Below, one piece after another: positions 8,027 through 16,603 of a stretch of 64,000 nucleotides of DNA. The translations under genes were made by a program, and so were the position numbers. Each line of letters begins with the position of its first letter. Position 1 is the first letter of the stretch. The notes under the pieces are model-generated. The model made no database searches, was not told where the DNA came from, and saw only the letters and a program-made list of their open reading frames with translations. This stretch comes from a virus (Duplodnaviria > Caudoviricetes): positions 8,043 through 72,042 of IMG/VR virus record IMGVR_UViG_3300027374_000458; one strand, written 5' to 3'.

Positions 8027-10303
8027 ATGAGCATCGTAGCGGCGTTTGATAAAACGCTGTTCAGCAATCCTGCCAGCCGGTACGCCGTTCTGCGGCTGAA
8101 GACGGCTGACATCATGATCCCCCAGGAGGCCCGAAGCCCTTACCGCTATCAAGATAATCTGATCCGCTTTACCGCTGTAGGTTATGATCTGCCTCAGACG
8201 GATGCAGTGAAGATGGAGCTGGAGGGAAGCTGGGTTAAGGGGAAATACGGTTGTCAACTCCAGGTGGAGCGTTGGCATGAGATTGTCCCAGCCACCATCG
8301 AGGGCATACGCGGTTATCTTGCCTCCGGTCTTTTGAAAGGCATCGGGGAAAAGACAGCGGACGCTATTGTAGCACGTTTCGGCGTAGATGCCTTGAATGT
8401 ACTGGAAAAGCACCCTGAGCGTCTGCTGGAGATTCGCGGCATTACAGAGGAACGGCTGGAAGAGATCAAGGCCGGCTATGCTGAGAGCAAAGTCATGCGG
8501 GAGTTGATGACTCTGCTGGCTCCGTTCAAGGTGACGCCTACCACGGCTATGAAAATCTACCAGCATTTTGGAGGTGTGGGGGTTGAGCTTTTGCGAAAAA
8601 GCCCTTACCGCCTGTGCCAGGTTCCCGGATTCGGATTCAAGCGTGTAGACGCTATCGTACAGAAGTCCGGCGGTGATCCCCATGACCCCATGCGGATACA
8701 GGGCGCTCTATTCTACGCGTTGGAAAAGTCCCGCAGCGAGGGCGGGCATCTCTACATGGAAGCGGCACAGATGATCCGCTCCGCGATGCAGCTTCTCAAC
8801 GAGAAAATCCCAATGCAGGAAGAACGGCTGCAGCAACCGCAGGTGGAGCAGGAACTGGAAGCCATGATTCTGACCAATGTAGTTGTCTCCAATAAGGGAA
8901 ACATCTACCTGCCCCATGTATTTACCCAGGAGAACGAAACTGCCTGCAAGGTTGTTCAGATGGCGCTGGAGGTTCCCCCTCCTGTGAACCTCTCCTCCGT
9001 GATGGAGCAGATCAAGGAAAAGTTGGGTATCTCTCTGTCCGGGCGGCAGGCGGAAGGTGTGCAGATGGTATTCCGCCATAATCTGTCTATCATCACTGGT
9101 GGACCCGGTACCGGAAAAAGTACCATTTTGAAAGCTGTGGTGGAGGCATACCGCCTGTTATATCCCAGAGGTACGATTTCCCTTGCGGCCCCTACGGGTA
9201 AGGCAAGCCGACGTATGGCGGAAACTACCGGCATCAACAACGCGCAAACCATTCACAGCCTACTTGGACTCCATGGAGAAGGCAGCGGCTGGCGAAAAAA
9301 AGAACCTCTGAAAACCGATCTGCTGATTGTGGACGAATGTTCCATGCTGGATATGTGGCTGGCGCATCAGTTGTTTTCCCGGCTGAGTCCCGGTACCAAA
9401 GTCCTACTGGTAGGTGACGCCGACCAGTTGGAGAGCGTAGGGGCGGGTAACGTGTTCCAAGAGTTGATTGACAGCGGCCTTGTACCCGTAACGGTATTGG
9501 ATGAGATCTTCCGTCAGGCCAAAGGGAGCCTTATTGCCTATAACGCCAGATTTATCAACGAGGGTAACGGTGAGTTGTACTATGGCGCGGACTTTGCCTT
9601 TATCCGGGCGGAATCCCAGCCGGAGGTGGCCGAACTGATCCGCAGTCTGTATAAAAAGGAAGCGGCGACCACCGGCATCGGTCAGGTTCAGATCCTCTCC
9701 CCATTCCGTTCAGAGGGCGAGGCATCCTCGCAGGGAATGAATGAAGCCATCCGGGATGAAATCAATCCGGCAGCGGAGAACAAGCCGGAGGTCATCCGCA
9801 GCGGAAGGCTGTTCCGGTTGAATGACCGGGTTATGCAGATCAGAAACAACTACGATATTACGCTGCATGACAGCACCGGCAAGCAGGTATCCGCAGGCGT
9901 GTTCAACGGTGAAACCGGATACATCTCCAATATTCAATCCGGCACCGTCACCGTAAATTACGATGGGCGCTATGCGGATTATCCGTTGGAGAGCGTGGAT
10001 GAGTTGGAACTGGCCTATGCCATGACCATCCATAAATCCCAGGGCAGCGAATGCGATACCGTTATCATCCCTATGCTGGCGGCGCACAAGATTCTTCTGA
10101 CCCGCAATCTGCTCTATACCGCAGTGACCCGTGCCAAGCGCCGGGTGTTTCTGGTGGGCCAGAGAAAAGCTCTTTACATGGCTGTTGGCAAAACACGGAA
10201 GGGCAAACGTAATACCCTCCTGGCGGAGCGGATGCGGCTGTACCATCAAACACAATCCGGCAAAATTGTCACAAATAAGGCAGAAATGCGCCGGGCAAGC
10301 TAA
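8027..10303 (+). CDS. recD2: RecD2-like SF1B DNA helicase
   Basis: KGIGEKTA HhH, ITGGPGTGKST, LIVDECSM, LAYAMTIHKSQGSE, RNLLYTAVTRA. Confidence 0.93.
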   Translation: MSIVAAFDKTLFSNPASRYAVLRLKTADIMIPQEARSPYRYQDNLIRFTAVGYDLPQTDAVKMELEGSWVKGKYGCQLQVERWHEIVPATIEGIRGYLASGLLKGIGEKTADAIVARFGVDALNVLEKHPERLLEIRGITEERLEEIKAGYAESKVMRELMTLLAPFKVTPTTAMKIYQHFGGVGVELLRKSPYRLCQVPGFGFKRVDAIVQKSGGDPHDPMRIQGALFYALEKSRSEGGHLYMEAAQMIRSAMQLLNEKIPMQEERLQQPQVEQELEAMILTNVVVSNKGNIYLPHVFTQENETACKVVQMALEVPPPVNLSSVMEQIKEKLGISLSGRQAEGVQMVFRHNLSIITGGPGTGKSTILKAVVEAYRLLYPRGTISLAAPTGKASRRMAETTGINNAQTIHSLLGLHGEGSGWRKKEPLKTDLLIVDECSMLDMWLAHQLFSRLSPGTKVLLVGDADQLESVGAGNVFQELIDSGLVPVTVLDEIFRQAKGSLIAYNARFINEGNGELYYGADFAFIRAESQPEVAELIRSLYKKEAATTGIGQVQILSPFRSEGEASSQGMNEAIRDEINPAAENKPEVIRSGRLFRLNDRVMQIRNNYDITLHDSTGKQVSAGVFNGETGYISNIQSGTVTVNYDGRYADYPLESVDELELAYAMTIHKSQGSECDTVIIPMLAAHKILLTRNLLYTAVTRAKRRVFLVGQRKALYMAVGKTRKGKRNTLLAERMRLYHQTQSGKIVTNKAEMRRAS

Positions 10304-10337
10304 ACGCTTTACCTCCGGGTAAGCGTTAAACTTATGG

Positions 10338-10375
10338 AGATGCAAGCACTCGAAAGGGTACTGGCGTCTTTTTTT
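10338..10375 (+). terminator. Intrinsic terminator inside the plus-strand arm
   Basis: AGATGC...ACTC-GAAA-GGGT...GCGTCT followed by a T-tract. Confidence 0.55.
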
Positions 10376-10431
10376 ATTGTCATTTGGCGGTTACACCGCT
10401 ATTTGAATTTTTATTGAAGGGAGCATAACAC

Positions 10432-11577
10432 ATGAACGCGAAAGAAACCACAATTATCCGCACTGTCCCCGCCGCCGGCGCCCTGCATAAGGTCCCCGGC
10501 TTTGATCCGCTCAGGCATTTGCAGCGAATCACCAATGGAAATGGCGATCAGGTGCTTCAGCTGGGGCTTCCCTATAAGCGCCTCTGGTTTCGCCTGGCCT
10601 GCCCCAGCGGGAGACTGCTGTTGAATCCGCTGCGGATCACCGACCAGATTGCGATTTTCGAGGCGCAGGTATTCTTCCAGAGGGAGGACCCCACCCCGGC
10701 CAGCAGCTTTACCTCCACCAAGACGGCGCAGGAAGCCAGAGGCTATATTCGCGCCGCACAGGATGAGGCTTTGAGCATTGCGCTGGACAATGCCGGCTTT
10801 GGCATCCAGCTTTGCGATGTGACGCAGAGCGCGGACGGTGGCAACGCTATCACTGAAGCGTCCAGGCCGCAGATCGATACAACTGCCCGAGTGCAGCCGC
10901 AGCGAAAAGCTCCGGCAGAGACAACTCCGGCCGTTGGCAGCACGGAACAGATTCCCCAGGAACAGGAAGCGGTTGAGGCTGTGACAATTTCTCAGCCAAT
11001 CCAGCAGTCCACAGAAACTGAGGACGCCGCGGTTTCCGCCCAGTCCCAAGAGGCTGTGACGGAGACGCCGCCTGTGGTTCAGCAGTTGCAGGCGGAAGTC
11101 TCTCCCGCTGATGCTGTCCCGGCACACGCCGAGGAGTTGGCAGAGGCAGTCGGTACGGCACAGGCAGAAAGCCAAGTGGCAGAAACCGCTGAACTGCATC
11201 AGGAGCCGTCAAACCAGACTGCGCAGGAGAATTCTCCCATTAAAGTTTTGAATTTCCTTGCTGAAACCGGGGTTGCCTCTGCTCCTGTCGAGGACGCCGC
11301 AGCCGCTGCGATCACCAAGGTGGAAACTGCCGTTACGTCCCCAGTCTACACGGAGGATATGTCTGTCGAGGAAATCGCCGCACGAATGACGGTGGAGGAG
11401 GCCCAGAAAATGATCGTCACCTCCGGTCCCAACAAAGGCTGGACTTTGGCGCAGGTCGCGGAAAGGCGTCCTTCCAGCCTGAAGTTCTTTACGACACCCT
11501 ACTGCGAAGCTGCCAACATCTTTAAGGCCGCCGCCACCCTGATGCTCCAGGAAGTTAACCAGCAGAAGGCCGGATAA
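10432..11577 (+). CDS. Hypothetical protein, possibly a Rad52/Sak-like annealing domain plus acidic linker
   Basis: N-term LWFRL...FEAQVF...ALSIALDNAGFG, Ala/Glu/Gln-rich linker, small C-terminal domain. Confidence 0.4.
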   Translation: MNAKETTIIRTVPAAGALHKVPGFDPLRHLQRITNGNGDQVLQLGLPYKRLWFRLACPSGRLLLNPLRITDQIAIFEAQVFFQREDPTPASSFTSTKTAQEARGYIRAAQDEALSIALDNAGFGIQLCDVTQSADGGNAITEASRPQIDTTARVQPQRKAPAETTPAVGSTEQIPQEQEAVEAVTISQPIQQSTETEDAAVSAQSQEAVTETPPVVQQLQAEVSPADAVPAHAEELAEAVGTAQAESQVAETAELHQEPSNQTAQENSPIKVLNFLAETGVASAPVEDAAAAAITKVETAVTSPVYTEDMSVEEIAARMTVEEAQKMIVTSGPNKGWTLAQVAERRPSSLKFFTTPYCEAANIFKAAATLMLQEVNQQKAG

Positions 11578-11592
11578 AGGCGGGAGGAGTTT

Positions 11593-12687
11593 ATGAAAAG
11601 CATTATCAATGCGGAGAAATTTTACGGTGCATTGAAAAAAGCGTTTCTTTCCTCCGCAAAAAAATCCAAAATTCCAGGCCTGATGAACGCCCAAATCTCA
11701 TTTCAGGGAAGCGAGTGCGTTGTCACCTGTACGGATTTTAACCAATGGTGTCAGGTAACCATTCCTGCCTGCGGCGATACATTCTCTTTCCAGCTTAAAA
11801 ACACGAAACGCACTCTGACAATCTGCAATCACTATTCCGGTGATTTGAGCGTAGAGTACGCGGCCTCCGGGTGTGACAGTCAGCATGGCGCCCTTACCTT
11901 TCGGTGCGGCGGGAAAGCCTGCACGCAGGAAGCTGCGGAGGCGGATGACATCCTGAACCCGCCGGAAATCAAAGAGACGCATACCTATCAGGCTGACGCA
12001 AGCACTCTGTTTCAGAGATATAAAAGGATCAAGTACGCCTTATCTGACAACAGCGCGCGTCCCACCAGCCAATGTGTGCAGTTCCAAGACAGCCGCATGG
12101 TGGCAGTGGATGGATACCGTCTGGCGGTGAGCTGCGATCCAGCGCTTCAGGTTGAAGGTGTCTTTTTTATCCCGCCCGGCGCAATGAATTTACTCCCTGT
12201 TTTGGGAAATACATCCTGCACACTGCTGGTTGGGGAAAAGCACATTGCCTTTGCGGCCAACGGTGTCCGCATTGTGACCCGTGTCCCCAAGGGGGATGGG
12301 CTGAATGTAGACGCTGTTATACCGAAAACGAGCCAGGAAGAGCATACCGTGAATGTTGATTCATTCATCCATGATCTGCAATATCTGAGCGAGTTTATCA
12401 CAGCCCCGGAGAGCCAGGCTGTACGTTTCGCTGAAAAATCCATGAGCCTGTCTACCCCTGTAGGTCAATGCAGCGTGGCCTTGGAGCTGCAGCAGCCGTT
12501 GAAAACCGTCTGCGGCTTTAACGGACGGTATATGCTGGAGAGCTTAAAGCAGTTCAGCGCAAAGAAAGCGCACAGCATCACTATGGGCCTCTCCAGCCCT
12601 ATCGCCCCTATTCTTTTGACAGACGGCGATGAGGACTTGGCAATGGTTTTGCCCATGCGCCTGAAAGACGACGCAAGCGCGGCTTGA
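11593..12687 (+). CDS. Divergent DNA polymerase III beta sliding clamp
   Basis: 364 aa; VTCTDF, MVAVDGYRLAV, GFNGRYMLESL, LAMVLPMRL. Confidence 0.8.
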   Translation: MKSIINAEKFYGALKKAFLSSAKKSKIPGLMNAQISFQGSECVVTCTDFNQWCQVTIPACGDTFSFQLKNTKRTLTICNHYSGDLSVEYAASGCDSQHGALTFRCGGKACTQEAAEADDILNPPEIKETHTYQADASTLFQRYKRIKYALSDNSARPTSQCVQFQDSRMVAVDGYRLAVSCDPALQVEGVFFIPPGAMNLLPVLGNTSCTLLVGEKHIAFAANGVRIVTRVPKGDGLNVDAVIPKTSQEEHTVNVDSFIHDLQYLSEFITAPESQAVRFAEKSMSLSTPVGQCSVALELQQPLKTVCGFNGRYMLESLKQFSAKKAHSITMGLSSPIAPILLTDGDEDLAMVLPMRLKDDASAA

Positions 12688-12730
12688 CCATACGATGATT
12701 CCCGTTTCATACAAGTCCCTCTTATAAAAT

Positions 12731-14446
12731 GTGAAGAAAGGAGTGAGCCACATCTATTCGTCGGATTTCCCGTTTACCATCATGGATGTGGTCTCCCTTC
12801 TCCGCCTGCCAATCAGGCGGAGAGGGGCGGGCCATGTTTATACTGACTGCCCGTTCTGCGGCGACCGCCGCGGCAAGCTGGGTATCAGCCCGGAGAAAAA
12901 TGTATGGCGCTGTAACTACTGCGGCGAGGGCGGCGGTATGCTTACCCTCTATGCCCAAATATACGGTATCAGCAATTCTGAGGCGTACCATGAAATATGG
13001 GATGCCCTGGCGACAGACGGTTTCGCGCAGGCATATGAGGCGCCCGCAAAGGCATCCTCTGCTTCTGCTGCGGAATCTACCCAGGCGGACAGGGTCAGTG
13101 CGGAGACGCTTCACGAAACATACTCTGCGCTTTTGTCAATGCTGATGCTGGACAACGCCCACCGGGAGCATCTGCGCACAGCACGGGGACTGACGGATGA
13201 ACAGATCGAGAGCTTCGGTTTCAAAAGCACGCCGTCCTCCCGTATGTGCCAAACCCTGACGGAACGCCTGATGAAACAAGGCCGCACGATAAAGGGTGTA
13301 CCTGGTTTTTTTGTCAACGACTATGGTAAGTGGACGGTCAAATTCTATGAGCGCACATCCGGCATCATCATCCCTATCCGGGAGATCGACGGTCTGATCC
13401 ACGGGTTACAGATTCGTCTGGACAACCCTATCAAGGATAAGGATGATCCCCCGGAGAAAACAGGGACGAAATATCTTCCGCTGTCGTCTACCGGCAAAAG
13501 CATGGGTTCTAGTGCGGGCAGCCCCGTCCATTTTGTGGGAGACCCGTATGCCCGTGCAGTTTATGTGACAGAGGGCGCATTGAAAGCGGATATTTGTCAT
13601 GCTCTGACGGGCAGGACATTTGCCGCGACCATTGGAGCGAACAATGTGGCTGCTCTGGACGCCCTTTTCGCCCTTCTAAAGAAAAATGGAACCCAGCAAA
13701 TCGTAGAAGCGGACGATATGGACAAGTTTTATAACAAGATGGTACATAGCGGCGCAATGAAAATCCACCGGATGGCAGAGAAAAACGGCCTGCTGTGCCA
13801 CCAGCTGGTCTGGAATCCAAACTACAAGGGGATGGACGACTGGCTGTTGGCGCAGCAGCGCAAGAAAAACACAAATGAGGTGACAACGCGAATGAATTTC
13901 AAAGAGATGTACCTGCACGGCCTGTGCGACCTTCGATATATGGAGGACTGTACGGAGCAGTGGCACAACAGCCCGGACATCAGCGTCAGCCTGCGGGAAT
14001 ACCTGGGCCTGACGGAGCATGAATATGAGGTCTATTTGCAAGGCGATGTCAGCGTTTCTTTTGAGGCTCTGATGAACAGTCAGCGTCAGGAACGGAAATT
14101 CCGTATCTATCAGCTCGATCTCAGCGGCGACAGGGTAATCCCGTTTGCTTTCCAGGGTATTGAGAAAATGCGGGCCGCCGGCTATGACCAGCCGCCTGCC
14201 TCTGAATACCGCCTGATTTACGATGGCTATTTTATGGCGCCGTTGGATCAAACAAACGCAGAGGTTTTGGAACGTGTTTTCGCCTGTTTCAACGACAACC
14301 TGCCCGAGGGCTACCATGGCCGCAGCGTATCCATGTCGGATGTCATTGAGCTATACGACAAAAACGACCGCAGGTATTTTTACTGCGATCATATCGGATT
14401 CGCTCCCGTACAGTTTTCGCCCATGCTGGCAAAGCGCGGCGGATGA
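12731..14446 (+). CDS. Zn-finger/Toprim primase-like protein fused to a YodL-like domain
   Basis: CPFCGD...WRCNYC, VTEGALKAD, ADDMD; C-term FNDNLPEGYHGRSVSMSDVI...YCDHIGF. Confidence 0.8.
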   Translation: MKKGVSHIYSSDFPFTIMDVVSLLRLPIRRRGAGHVYTDCPFCGDRRGKLGISPEKNVWRCNYCGEGGGMLTLYAQIYGISNSEAYHEIWDALATDGFAQAYEAPAKASSASAAESTQADRVSAETLHETYSALLSMLMLDNAHREHLRTARGLTDEQIESFGFKSTPSSRMCQTLTERLMKQGRTIKGVPGFFVNDYGKWTVKFYERTSGIIIPIREIDGLIHGLQIRLDNPIKDKDDPPEKTGTKYLPLSSTGKSMGSSAGSPVHFVGDPYARAVYVTEGALKADICHALTGRTFAATIGANNVAALDALFALLKKNGTQQIVEADDMDKFYNKMVHSGAMKIHRMAEKNGLLCHQLVWNPNYKGMDDWLLAQQRKKNTNEVTTRMNFKEMYLHGLCDLRYMEDCTEQWHNSPDISVSLREYLGLTEHEYEVYLQGDVSVSFEALMNSQRQERKFRIYQLDLSGDRVIPFAFQGIEKMRAAGYDQPPASEYRLIYDGYFMAPLDQTNAEVLERVFACFNDNLPEGYHGRSVSMSDVIELYDKNDRRYFYCDHIGFAPVQFSPMLAKRGG

Positions 14447-14694
14447 CACAGGATGAAAAACTAAGGGAATTGTCTGTTTTCTGCCGCAATTTGGGTGCAG
14501 AGGTTCGCTATCACCCGGAATATGGTCATTTTACGGCAATGCTCTGGGAAGAAGATCAATGGAGCGAAGCACAGGCACGCTCCATCCAGGAAGAAATACA
14601 ACAGCTGACCACCAGCTATCCGGGACTGGTGTGCTATTGCTTCGACGCTTTCAGCACATTGGTCTATACGGTATCGGAACGTCGGTCAGGCTGA
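14443..14694 (+). CDS. Hypothetical protein
   Basis: ATGA overlap with the upstream gene. Confidence 0.65.
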   Translation: MTQDEKLRELSVFCRNLGAEVRYHPEYGHFTAMLWEEDQWSEAQARSIQEEIQQLTTSYPGLVCYCFDAFSTLVYTVSERRSG

Positions 14695-14713
14695 AAAGAA
14701 GGAGAGAGACAAT

Positions 14714-14920
14714 ATGAAATTACTGCTCACATACGTTGGGAGCGACAGTTGGGACAGGCCGGTTTATCAGGACTGCGACGGCACACTGTACGTCGATGTT
14801 GACCCGCGAAAGGGCTGGCAGCCGCATATCTGTACCAAATGCAACAACGAGTTTGACGGGGAACCGGACTGCCCAGTATCCGGCGAAGTCGAATTTGCTC
14901 CGTGCAGGGTCGTCTGGTAA
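14714..14920 (+). CDS. Hypothetical protein
   Basis: AAGGAG RBS, co-directional with operon. Confidence 0.7.
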   Translation: MKLLLTYVGSDSWDRPVYQDCDGTLYVDVDPRKGWQPHICTKCNNEFDGEPDCPVSGEVEFAPCRVVW

Positions 14921-14931
14921 AGGGGCGTCCC

Positions 14932-15153
14932 ATGGACATATTGTTTGACATTTCATTCTTATTGCAGGAAACAAAGGAGATTCACCATGTTCTCCTGCCG
15001 TTTCTCCCCAGAAACGGGGATCAGATTGTACTCAATGGGAGCGTCTACATTGTCAAAAAAATTATGTATGACCTCTCAACATATCAGGGCGGCTGTCCCT
15101 CAGCCATTCCCGCCAAGGTCTTTGTTCGGCGGAAAACCGACAACGATTACTAA
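14932..15153 (+). CDS. Hypothetical protein
   Basis: Fills the operon gap, AAGGGG RBS. Confidence 0.55.
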   Translation: MDILFDISFLLQETKEIHHVLLPFLPRNGDQIVLNGSVYIVKKIMYDLSTYQGGCPSAIPAKVFVRRKTDNDY

Positions 15154-15180
15154 TTTATAAAGAAAAAGGAGAACACGACA

Positions 15181-16059
15181 ATGGGCGTATTTTCTGAACT
15201 CGCTATGGAGCACGACGCTTTTCATTCCCAGGAGGATGTACCCACGGGTTTCTTGATGGAGGACGAACCGGTTTCTTTGGCACCGCAGGATCTTCAAACG
15301 CAGGTATCAGCGGCTGAGTGCCCTGCTCCGGCAGTTCCCTCCGAGACTGTCAGCGGTGATGGCAGTGGAACCGGCGTCAAGGATGTGCCGGAGGAAAAGG
15401 CTGAAACCGCAGAGTCCGAGGACGATAAGCGCAAGGCACATGAGGAGGCTGAAGCCAAGCGCAAGGCCGAATTTGACGCCAAACAGGCGGCAAAAAACGC
15501 GGCCATGCAGGAACAGCTCGCCAAATTGGCCGCTATGAGTGACGAGGAGGTGCTGGCAGCTTCCATGCAGCGGGTCAGCGAGGACACAGAAAAGCTGACC
15601 AGACGCAACATGAAGGAGTGCGTGGCCGAGCATATTCAGACCAAATGCCTGGAAGACCCGGCTTTTGCCCGGCTGACTATGCACCCGAAGAAAAACATGA
15701 TCCACTGTTTCCAATACATCAGCCGGAAAGCGTGGGAGTATGTTCAGGACGAGTTGAAAGCCAACGGTATCAAGCCCGGCCCCGGCCAGCAGGCTTATGG
15801 GTGCGATGTTCCCGACGGCCTGTGCTATCAGTGGGCGGAGGACTATTTCCATGACCCGGATGCCAAAGAGGATCATGCGGATGAGGAAAAGTTTGTTCCG
15901 AAGCCTTACACCGGCGGCACATCCAAGTCCAAGACCACAGGTAAAAAGGATAAGGGCAAGAAAAAGGCGGAAAAGAAACCGCCTGAAACGCCCAAACCCG
16001 AGCCTGACCCGAAGCCCAAGGATAACGAAGGGCAGATGAGCCTGCTGGAAGTGGCCTGA
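15181..16059 (+). CDS. PcfK-like (AcrIIA9-related family) protein with charged N-terminal region
   Basis: KNMIHCFQYI...DVPDGLCYQWAEDYF, ends QMSLLEVA, lies upstream of PcfJ. Confidence 0.65.
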   Translation: MGVFSELAMEHDAFHSQEDVPTGFLMEDEPVSLAPQDLQTQVSAAECPAPAVPSETVSGDGSGTGVKDVPEEKAETAESEDDKRKAHEEAEAKRKAEFDAKQAAKNAAMQEQLAKLAAMSDEEVLAASMQRVSEDTEKLTRRNMKECVAEHIQTKCLEDPAFARLTMHPKKNMIHCFQYISRKAWEYVQDELKANGIKPGPGQQAYGCDVPDGLCYQWAEDYFHDPDAKEDHADEEKFVPKPYTGGTSKSKTTGKKDKGKKKAEKKPPETPKPEPDPKPKDNEGQMSLLEVA

Positions 16060-16601
16060 TGATTGCGTACAAAGGATTTGAACAAGGCCTGATTTGCAGA
16101 GAATATCAGTTCCACATGGGCTTGAATGTGACAGATAAGGCCAACTGTGCCCAAAACGGGTTCCATTGTGCAGAAAATCCGCTGGACTGCCTGAGTTATT
16201 ACTCCAATATGGAGCAATCAGTATATTATCTGGTAATTGCCGGCGGGGATGTGGATGAGGATAACTGCGACTCCAAGATTTCCTGCACGGAACTGACAAT
16301 CGTCAAGCAGTTGAGCAAACCTGATTTTTTTCTCCATGCCCTTGCCTATATGGTGGATCATCCGAGCAGGCAGTGGAATCGTCATGTTCACAGCAACTTC
16401 GCGGAAGCGAACTGCGGCTTTGCGGTGGTCCGCTGGATAGATCCTGTCGCCAGAGGCGGCCTGGGGGATATCCTGGCGTTTGCCAAGGAGTCTGCGGACG
16501 GCAGAAATATCATACAGGTCGCACTGGCACAGGTGGACGGCAAGAAAGTAATGCCGGGCATCTGGTACGGCGTTGACCTGAAACGAAGGGAGGCAGCATA
16601 G
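16059..16601 (+). CDS. Conserved phage/plasmid protein (AYKGF...GFHCAENPLD motif)
   Basis: MIAYKGF, NGFHCAENPLDCLSYY. Confidence 0.7.
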   Translation: MIAYKGFEQGLICREYQFHMGLNVTDKANCAQNGFHCAENPLDCLSYYSNMEQSVYYLVIAGGDVDEDNCDSKISCTELTIVKQLSKPDFFLHALAYMVDHPSRQWNRHVHSNFAEANCGFAVVRWIDPVARGGLGDILAFAKESADGRNIIQVALAQVDGKKVMPGIWYGVDLKRREAA

Positions 16602-16603
16602 TC

